Shown here: piece by piece, positions 1 through 7,568 of the stretch | How positions within the stretch are numbered: the first letter of the stretch is position 1 | Layout: every line of letters starts with the position of its first letter | DNA from: Holosporales bacterium | GTDB lineage: Bacteria > Pseudomonadota > Alphaproteobacteria > Paracaedibacterales > UBA11393 | Length of the DNA stretch: 32,106 nucleotides | NCBI GenBank assembly: GCA_003542655.1 | Contig: DPKF01000096.1 | Coordinates: 1-32,106, forward strand | Direction: 5' to 3' | Translations under genes and position numbers: made by a program | The notes under the pieces: model-generated | The model's input: the letters and a program-made list of their open reading frames with translations, nothing else | Told to the model about the DNA's origin: nothing | Databases searched by the model: none

Positions 1-73
1 CAACTAGTCTGACATATAGGGCTGGGGCCGGCTACGCGACTATAGCTCAGTAAATCCGATATCTCCTTATTTT

Positions 74-106
74 TTAACTAATTTTTAATAAAATGATGCG
101 TACTAT
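74..106 (+). promoter_or_regulatory. Putative promoter of the cluster: TTAA-N7-TTAA (CtrA-like box) at 74-88 upstream of a TACTAT -10-like hexamer at 101-106
   Basis: TTAA-CTAATTT-TTAA read directly. Its position would overlap the -35 region. A chance match is likely in AT-rich DNA. Confidence 0.3.
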
Positions 107-126
107 ATCTATAGCACCTTTAAAAG

Positions 127-2361
127 GTGTTTGTGATTGATATGGGGTTATATATGCTTATTGGGCCAAAACAGAATTTATATTCTAGATACGACAATAA
201 AAGAACTATTTTTTTAAAAAAAATAGTTGTCATTTATGTTCTGTTTTCGGTTGCTTATAGCGCTTTATATGCAATGACGCCATTGAAGTTGACAAAATAT
301 ACAGGTGTTCAGGGAACACTTAGCGATACAGTTTTATCTATGGTGGACGATTGGCCCCTGCTTGGTCTTCCGGAAGATAGTTATGATGTTCCAGTAGTAA
401 CAACTGATAATGAAGATAGCGACATATTTTTAAGGCATGGTGTTGTTCTTTTAAAGGCTTTGCCAACTTTTCAAACAATGGCTGAAGAAGATGATCTTGG
501 AGGTATGGATGATCTTGGAGGTATGGATGATCTTGGAGGTATGGATGATTTTGGAGGTATGGGTTCTAACACAAAAGTTTATGTGAATCTTCTCTATAAT
601 TTTACGCCCCAAATAAACGAGGATGAATTTCTTATAAATACAACAAAAGCAAATGCTTTTTTTGAATATATTTGGAATGGTGCGACAAATGATACTGTGA
701 CAGCAATATTAAATGCAATTCCAAAACCTCTATCAGATGGAACTTATTATCTCTGGAAGCTGCAATCACCATATTATATGGTAGTGGATTACAAGGCGGT
801 TAGTCAGAGTTTTTTAAAGGCGCCAATTTTAGAATCATATCCTGATCAATTAGCACAAACATTGATTGCATTACTTTTGGACCCTACACAAGTATTACTG
901 CGAAATACAATATCTGAGGTGCTTAATACTGGCGGATCTACGGCTAGCGGGTTTGGTCAAATGGGAATGATTCATATGATTGAGACAACCAATAACAGGA
1001 CAAATGTTTTTGATCATCTTCAGGCAGTTTCATTGGCATCACCGTTTACCTTTCCACTTACTATCCATTCATTGAGCTTATTAAATAGCAATAGTGTTGG
1101 TTATACACCAATAAGCGCCATACTGACCGTGCTAACAAGCGAACCTGCTTATGCTGACCTATCATTAGAAAATAAAACATTACTTTTAAACTATTGGATA
1201 AGTGCCCTTTCTAACCTTGCCATAGCAACAACTATTCAAGCTAACACAGGTAACAATGATGCTATTGCAAATGCTGTTGCAAAAGCGTTAACAACTTCAG
1301 TAACAAATGGTGTATCTACTGCTGTGACAAGTGAAATAGCTACGGCAATAACAGCGCACGATGGTCTGTCGACCGCGCATAGTGTTGAACGCGGTACAAC
1401 GGCGACTGCTGTGACAGGTGAAATAGCTACGGCAATAACAGCGCACGATGGTCTGTCGACCGCGCATAGTGTTGAACGCGGTACAACGGCGACTGCTGTT
1501 ACCGCTGAAATAGCTACTGCAATAACAGCGCACGATGGTCTGTCGACCGCGCATAGTGTTGAACGCGGTACAACGGCGACTGCTGTTACCGCTGAAATAG
1601 CTACTGCTATTACTCAATCAGGTGCAGGTGAAGCTACAGATCAAAGTGTTGCAAGCTTTATAACGCCATCATCATTATCCGGCGGGGCTGTACTATCTTT
1701 AATTTCAGGGGCATTTAATGAAAGCAGCACGAATATTGACGCCGTGATTATAACGGCTGTTCGAGAACATTTAACGAGTATATTTGGTGACGCCAATCCT
1801 TCATCTGATGATTTAAGCTTTAAGAGCGCTATTCTTCATGGCGTCGCCACGCAAATTTTAGGGGACACTTCGACCGATATTCAATCTGCGGTTATTTCAA
1901 CTGTTGCAGCTTTTATTACAAGCACTAATTCCAATGTGTTACAAACAGCAATAGCAACAGCATGTGCAAATGCACTTACAAATGCTAATACAGCGGCTGT
2001 TACAAGTGTTGGGGAAGATTTACAGCTTGCTTCACAAAACACGAGTGTTTTAGTGCCAATTATTGCAGCAGCTTTACAAAATAATCTGTCTTTGCAAACG
2101 GCGATAAAAACAATTATTGGCAATGCAATCAGAATATTAGGAGATAGGTCAACTTCATTAACAAGCATTTTAGCAGGCTTTATTGAAAATAGCTTTCCAG
2201 CATCAAGTGTTTTAGATGCTGTTGTTGCAGATATTAGCTCTGGAAACGATTCAGATCATTCTGAAGTATTGGCAGCACTTGCGCTTGCGATTGCCCCAGG
2301 TGTAACAGACGGTTCAACAAGCAATGCAACATTGCGATCTGCTATTCAGTCCTTAAATTAG
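127..2361 (+). CDS. Secreted hypothetical protein (744 aa as called), Ala/Thr/Ser-rich with a probably helical C-terminal half and two tandem repeat blocks; first gene of the giant-protein cluster
   Basis: Long ORF. Signal-peptide-like segment KKIVVIYVLFSVAYSALYA|M begins ~30 codons after the GTG, so the true start is uncertain and may be downstream. Contains (DDLGGM)x3+DDFGGM and 3.4 copies of a 29-aa repeat. 12-bp gap to the next gene. No family recognised. Confidence 0.8.
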   Translation: MFVIDMGLYMLIGPKQNLYSRYDNKRTIFLKKIVVIYVLFSVAYSALYAMTPLKLTKYTGVQGTLSDTVLSMVDDWPLLGLPEDSYDVPVVTTDNEDSDIFLRHGVVLLKALPTFQTMAEEDDLGGMDDLGGMDDLGGMDDFGGMGSNTKVYVNLLYNFTPQINEDEFLINTTKANAFFEYIWNGATNDTVTAILNAIPKPLSDGTYYLWKLQSPYYMVVDYKAVSQSFLKAPILESYPDQLAQTLIALLLDPTQVLLRNTISEVLNTGGSTASGFGQMGMIHMIETTNNRTNVFDHLQAVSLASPFTFPLTIHSLSLLNSNSVGYTPISAILTVLTSEPAYADLSLENKTLLLNYWISALSNLAIATTIQANTGNNDAIANAVAKALTTSVTNGVSTAVTSEIATAITAHDGLSTAHSVERGTTATAVTGEIATAITAHDGLSTAHSVERGTTATAVTAEIATAITAHDGLSTAHSVERGTTATAVTAEIATAITQSGAGEATDQSVASFITPSSLSGGAVLSLISGAFNESSTNIDAVIITAVREHLTSIFGDANPSSDDLSFKSAILHGVATQILGDTSTDIQSAVISTVAAFITSTNSNVLQTAIATACANALTNANTAAVTSVGEDLQLASQNTSVLVPIIAAALQNNLSLQTAIKTIIGNAIRILGDRSTSLTSILAGFIENSFPASSVLDAVVADISSGNDSDHSEVLAALALAIAPGVTDGSTSNATLRSAIQSLN
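490..561 (+). repeat. 18-bp in-frame tandem repeat x4 (GATGATCTTGGAGGTATG) encoding DDLGGM/DDFGGM
   Basis: Units at 490, 508, 526 and 544; the first three are identical and the fourth has one C>T change. Confidence 0.97.
1318..1614 (+). repeat. 87-bp in-frame tandem repeat, 3 full copies plus a 36-bp partial (TAVTxEIATAITAHDGLSTAHSVERGTTA)
   Basis: Units start at 1318, 1405, 1492 and 1579. The core ATAACAGCGCACGATGGTCTGTCGACCGCGCATAGTGTTGAACGCGGTACAACGGCG is identical in all three full copies. Confidence 0.97.
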
Positions 2362-2373
2362 GGATAGATCATA

Positions 2374-5300
2374 ATGAATCAGTCCAAAAATTATTATTTA
2401 GGGATTATATTCTTTTCTGCACTCTCTGTTCTTCATGCAGATATTTACAGCGATCCTAAACAAATTGTTCAGGTAAACGGTAATAGTCTATCTAATATAC
2501 AGGCATCTTATTTAAGCGGCGCATCATCTTATGGATCGGGTTTATATAATGCAGTTATATCATCTAATGTTCCCGATTCACTTATTTTTAGTCAATGTGA
2601 CACTGTTGTTTTAAGTAACACGAACATTGCGATCAATTCCACTGTATCTATTGTTGGTGGAAATGGTGGCAGAGGAGGAGATAGCATATATACAATGGGC
2701 GGCGGCGGCGGCGGCGGCGCAACGTTTGGCGGTTTTGCTGGTACACTTGGTGGAATTGGAACAGGTAATATGAACAATCCGCCTTTTATGGGGTTTGGGG
2801 GCTTTCCTGGTACGAACGGTGCAAATGGCGGCAATGGTGGTAATGGTGCCGGTGGCGGTGGCGGTGCCATGTCACTGGGTATACTATTAGCTACAGGTGA
2901 GTTAACACAATCAAATGGTGGCGGACAAGGTGGTGGTAACATAAACGGTGGCGGTGGCGGTGGCGGTGCATCGAATGCATCAGGTATCAATCTGTGTGGG
3001 GCTGGTGGCAGTCAAACGACCGTTATCACACAAACTCCTGGTCAGTTTGGTGAAAATGGTCAAGAATCACATAATTTTTTTGGTGGATCGGCGACGGCAC
3101 TGTCGGGAACCACTGTATACTATGCAAGTGGTGGATCGGCAAAGCTTCTTAATGCTGCTGTTAATGGTGGTGGCATTACATTTTCCAGCGACCCTACTAA
3201 AGGTGGCTCTTTGGGTTCTAGTTCTGGTGTTGTAGTTACAGAAACGGCGACCATAGGCGGAACACTTTCTTCATCTGATAGCACTAGTATACCAAGCTCT
3301 ATTAACGTATTAACAACACAAGGTGCTGTTGGTGGCGGAAGTGGTGCCTGCAATGAAAACGATGCTGGGGTTACGCCCAAAACAACATATTTTATTGATG
3401 GCACGGCTCACGTTGGTGGATCTGGAGGCGACACTTCTATACAAACAAGCGAATCTAACCTATTTGGAACAGGCGGCGGTGCAAACGCTGCTGAAAGTGC
3501 AGCATGTGCTGGTGGTGGAAGCGGTGGTGGTTTTGGTATTGGCGGCGGCGGCGGCGGATTAGCTTTTAATACAAAATCATCTACAAATAAATATTTTGCA
3601 TTTGGCGGCGGTGGCGGTGGCGGCATTGGGGCAAAAGGTGGAGAAGGCTGGCAACAGGATGATGATTATGGCAGTGGTTCTGGCGGAGATGGCGGTCAAT
3701 TAGTTGTTGAAAATTTGCTTGTGCCATCAGATTTTTTGGATCGTGAACGTATTGGGCTTTCTGGTGGAAATGGGGGTAACGGGTATGGCGGCGGCGGCGG
3801 CGGTAACGGTGGTGGTACTTTTACAATAGACAACGGACAAACAGTAACCCTTAATACAGGTGCTTCATTATCTATATATGGTGGCCTTGCTGGTGCGGAT
3901 GGTTCTGGCAATCATGGTGGCAGTGGTGGCGGTATATTGAATATTGGGAATCCCTTAACAGGCAATGGAAAGTTAATTGTTGATGTAGATGCAAGCCTTA
4001 ATATTTACGCACCACTCATAGATTCTTTATCTTCTGCTGTCAACGGTGGTCTCCTCAATATATATCAAGATAGTGTCCTCACTATTAATGGACGTTTAAA
4101 CTTATCTGGACACGTTAGAGGAACAAACGTTGGCACAATTACATTTGGTTCTGATGCTACTTTTGTTACAAATGCCCAGTCTATTCAAAGTTTTAGTACG
4201 ACTTTGTTTAAAAACTCAAAGCCTCCCAAAATTATAAGTACCAATGTTTTGTATGATAATGCAACAGGAGTGCAGAGTTTACCTGCAACACATTGGATTA
4301 TACAGTCAACGGTAAACGATAATATATTAGGTCAAACTGCCTATACTTTACAAAATACGGTAACAACTATAACCGTGTTGAAGGATGCATTTCTATTTTC
4401 GACTGATACGAAGCCTTTAACCATATCTCACCTTCAAACACTTAACATGCCTTTTGGTTCTACTCTTGTTGCAAATGATGAAACACGCATTATTGGTTCT
4501 ATTATATTGGATAAATCAGCTATAATTGTTGATTCATCAAATCATTTTGCGGTACTTGGGACTATTTCCACAAATGAAAATAATTTTTCTTCAGGACTGA
4601 AGGCCAGTTGGTTAACTGCAGGATCAACACTTAAAACAACAGAAGATTTTGATATATCAAATCACTTAGTTGGCAAAACAGTAACTTGGGATGCTCAAGG
4701 TATCACGAATGCCGCTACTAACTTACCGACAACGGTTATGACAACGGCCGGTTCAACGTTAACCTATAACGGGATGGCAGATGAAAATGTTATTCTATCG
4801 GGTAGCGGCTTATTAAAGCATAGCGGTACTGGAACGCTTACAATTTCTGCGAATCCAAATAATTTAACGCAACCCGACCTTGATGTTTCAGGAAACGCTA
4901 TAACAACATCGTCATATAATAATAGTAACCCAATTACGTTATTAATTGGTAATCAAGCATCTGTTAGGGGTGCATTTAATGTTGATCAACTAACCTTTTA
5001 CGTTGATAGCTTGGCTAATACTTTAAAAGCAGGACAATTAATCCTGACAGGACTGTCTACATTACCGGGCACAATAGACATAGCATACAATCCAGATGCT
5101 ATTTATGCAGTGCCAGATTTATCATCAGGCCCGCTTACAGTTCAATCAATTATAGGTGATATAAGTTATTTAACAGTACCCTATGTACCAACTATACGAA
5201 ATAATCACTACCTTTATCAAAATTCAACAGTTTATCGTTTTGCGCTTGCAACAAATGGCACAAGCCTTGATTTACAGTTAGTGTCACATACAAATAATGT

Positions 5301-7524
5301 ATCAGACATTTTAGTGTCAAATTTTATGGCACCTTTAAATTCGTCAAGCGCCCAGTTTCTTATTTTTGATACAGGTACGCCAACCAGTGCCTTTACAGGT
5401 AATCCGGGTAATAATACGCTTAACCATTATACCATTAATTCAAATGGAGATATTTTAGATACAGATGGGCAATCTGTTATTGGTGATTTTTACACAATTG
5501 GTGGAAATGTTACCGTTCCTAATGGTACGCAGACTTATCCTTTTGGTTTAAGATTGCCTGAGAATAGTTCACTCACCATAGAAAGCAATACGACAGTCAA
5601 TGGAAACACAATTCGTCCACAAGGCGGAACCTTGTCTATTCGTGCCAGCGATTCAACCCTTCCAGCAATTATTCAAAATGATATTGATAGTGAAACAGGC
5701 TTTTTGAATTTAGACGGACATATTAACTTAAACGGCGACACATATGTTAGAAAACCTGCGCAATTTAATATTGCATCAGGAACAATCATCACTCAAGATC
5801 CATCAAAAACAATGAATTTTTACGGCAATCGACGTATAGAAAATGCTGAAATTAGAAATGGTCGTATAAATTATTTTGATGGAATTTATAACTTTAATGC
5901 CGTGAAAATGCCAGCTGTTGGGCAGCAATCGTCATTGGCAATTTATCAGGGTGCCAATACAATCAGTTCTTATACATTGGGTGGTCACGGCGCACCAGAG
6001 AACAGTCATAATGCTGTATTAATGAAACCGGAAAGTTCGTTAGCCATTACAAATCAACTAACTTTAAATAATAAGAACGTTCTTATGATTGGTTATAACC
6101 TTGAAACGTTAGGATCATTAAATCAACAAATTATAACTTACAATTCTGTTGCTGGTGGTAATCTACAAGATTCTAGTCGTTTTGATCAGGTGTGGACGCT
6201 ACTACTTACGCCAGAAGGTGCATCAGCGGGCGTTATTTATCCTGTAGATGCAACAGTTGGTCCCTATGGATTTGAGGTTACGCAGTCTGCAACAGGGGTC
6301 ACACTGCAAATTAGCAATCATGCAGGCATTAGCGCCGGTACAAATATTGATGCAATTATTGACGAGTACTTAGCTGGAAACGCAAGTCTTCGCGAGTTTG
6401 TACAATATAATAAAGAGCTGTCTTCCTATGCATCCCGTCAGATAGCTCTGGACAGCTCTTCTCCCAGTGTATATGCATCACAACAACTAACGCTTCTGGC
6501 AAATGCTGTAATAACTGCCGCAGGGGTAGCAAAGGGGTTGACGTCGACTGCTGATGCAGCTTTAAGTCAAGGTTTTACAAGCAGCCAAAGGCCATTAGGG
6601 AAATCACAGGACCAATTTCAAACTTTGATAGAAATGTTAGAAAAAAATCATTCATTTACTAGAGAAAACAGAGGAAATAAATTCTGGGTTGTACCCTTTT
6701 CACGATTTAGCCAAGGAAGGGACAGTACAGCAAAACGAGGAAAAGCTTTGGGTGTATTAACTGGGATAGAAAGTTCTTTTTTTCAAGAATTTTTAACCCT
6801 TGGTATAATGGGCGGCCTTACATCTTTAGAAGAAAAATTTTCTTTAGGTGATCTACAAAATACACAATCAAAGATAGTGAGTTTTGGCCCTTATGCATCC
6901 TACGGCATCTGGGAAGGTGGGCGCCTAGATCTGATGTACTTATACTCAAGAGGGCAGGCAGAAAACAGGGAAATTATATCTCGCTTAGGAACAACAGGGC
7001 TATATCATCATGAATATACAACAAATTCAAATATTTTTGATATGCAAATGTCGCATTTATTTAGGCTATTTGATGAAAAAGTATGGTCACTTCGTTTGAA
7101 TATTGGCCATACCTATTCAGATTCATCAAATAAATATGATAAAAATTTCTTGAATTATCTCCCACATGCGAAATCTCAACTGCTTTCTTGTTACAACAAA
7201 GAAATATATGGCGGTGTTGGTTTGCGCTTTAATCATAAAACAAATGACTATCGTTTGCGTATTACGGGGCTTTACGAATATGGCGAAACATACGTCAGCA
7301 AATCAAAAAGCTGGTCTAATGGAAAAACCCTTCAAGCAAGGCAGCAGGGTATAACGTCTATTGATTATTCTGAAGAAGAGAAAGAAAACACGCATTATGT
7401 AACGTTATCAAGCTCTTTAGATGTTAATGCAGACTGGAAGTTAGTGACAGGCTATCAAGGAAGTTTTTCTAAAAATACAACTGAAAATGGCTTTTTTCTA
7501 AAAGCAGTTTATCGTTTTCCATGA
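2374..7524 (+). CDS. Autotransporter (type Va) outer-membrane protein with Gly-rich N-terminal head, beta-helical passenger and C-terminal beta-barrel
   Basis: Signal peptide MNQSKNYYLGIIFFSALSVLHA|D. Gly-rich region ~2656-3933. PATR-like motif SGSGLLKHSGTGTLTISAN at ~4798-4854. The last ~280 aa (from KFWVVPFSRF at ~6679) show alternating amphipathic strands and end in GFFLKAVYRFP, consistent with an autotransporter beta domain. Confidence 0.88.
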   Translation: MNQSKNYYLGIIFFSALSVLHADIYSDPKQIVQVNGNSLSNIQASYLSGASSYGSGLYNAVISSNVPDSLIFSQCDTVVLSNTNIAINSTVSIVGGNGGRGGDSIYTMGGGGGGGATFGGFAGTLGGIGTGNMNNPPFMGFGGFPGTNGANGGNGGNGAGGGGGAMSLGILLATGELTQSNGGGQGGGNINGGGGGGGASNASGINLCGAGGSQTTVITQTPGQFGENGQESHNFFGGSATALSGTTVYYASGGSAKLLNAAVNGGGITFSSDPTKGGSLGSSSGVVVTETATIGGTLSSSDSTSIPSSINVLTTQGAVGGGSGACNENDAGVTPKTTYFIDGTAHVGGSGGDTSIQTSESNLFGTGGGANAAESAACAGGGSGGGFGIGGGGGGLAFNTKSSTNKYFAFGGGGGGGIGAKGGEGWQQDDDYGSGSGGDGGQLVVENLLVPSDFLDRERIGLSGGNGGNGYGGGGGGNGGGTFTIDNGQTVTLNTGASLSIYGGLAGADGSGNHGGSGGGILNIGNPLTGNGKLIVDVDASLNIYAPLIDSLSSAVNGGLLNIYQDSVLTINGRLNLSGHVRGTNVGTITFGSDATFVTNAQSIQSFSTTLFKNSKPPKIISTNVLYDNATGVQSLPATHWIIQSTVNDNILGQTAYTLQNTVTTITVLKDAFLFSTDTKPLTISHLQTLNMPFGSTLVANDETRIIGSIILDKSAIIVDSSNHFAVLGTISTNENNFSSGLKASWLTAGSTLKTTEDFDISNHLVGKTVTWDAQGITNAATNLPTTVMTTAGSTLTYNGMADENVILSGSGLLKHSGTGTLTISANPNNLTQPDLDVSGNAITTSSYNNSNPITLLIGNQASVRGAFNVDQLTFYVDSLANTLKAGQLILTGLSTLPGTIDIAYNPDAIYAVPDLSSGPLTVQSIIGDISYLTVPYVPTIRNNHYLYQNSTVYRFALATNGTSLDLQLVSHTNNVSDILVSNFMAPLNSSSAQFLIFDTGTPTSAFTGNPGNNTLNHYTINSNGDILDTDGQSVIGDFYTIGGNVTVPNGTQTYPFGLRLPENSSLTIESNTTVNGNTIRPQGGTLSIRASDSTLPAIIQNDIDSETGFLNLDGHINLNGDTYVRKPAQFNIASGTIITQDPSKTMNFYGNRRIENAEIRNGRINYFDGIYNFNAVKMPAVGQQSSLAIYQGANTISSYTLGGHGAPENSHNAVLMKPESSLAITNQLTLNNKNVLMIGYNLETLGSLNQQIITYNSVAGGNLQDSSRFDQVWTLLLTPEGASAGVIYPVDATVGPYGFEVTQSATGVTLQISNHAGISAGTNIDAIIDEYLAGNASLREFVQYNKELSSYASRQIALDSSSPSVYASQQLTLLANAVITAAGVAKGLTSTADAALSQGFTSSQRPLGKSQDQFQTLIEMLEKNHSFTRENRGNKFWVVPFSRFSQGRDSTAKRGKALGVLTGIESSFFQEFLTLGIMGGLTSLEEKFSLGDLQNTQSKIVSFGPYASYGIWEGGRLDLMYLYSRGQAENREIISRLGTTGLYHHEYTTNSNIFDMQMSHLFRLFDEKVWSLRLNIGHTYSDSSNKYDKNFLNYLPHAKSQLLSCYNKEIYGGVGLRFNHKTNDYRLRITGLYEYGETYVSKSKSWSNGKTLQARQQGITSIDYSEEEKENTHYVTLSSSLDVNADWKLVTGYQGSFSKNTTENGFFLKAVYRFP

Positions 7525-7568
7525 GGTATGTTTAGGAGTTTTTTAATGTATTTGGAGTTACAGAAATA

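Noticed and set aside
1297-1617. Cys/Arg-rich repetitive minus-strand ORF; possible CRISPR-like array
   Set aside because: Antisense of the 87-bp coding repeat. The units are contiguous with no unique spacers, and no cas genes are present.
2592-3911. Pro-rich minus-strand ORFs (2592-2990, 3120-3404, 3408-3626, 3696-3911)
   Set aside because: Antisense shadows of Gly codons (GGN read as NCC/CCN) in gene 2.
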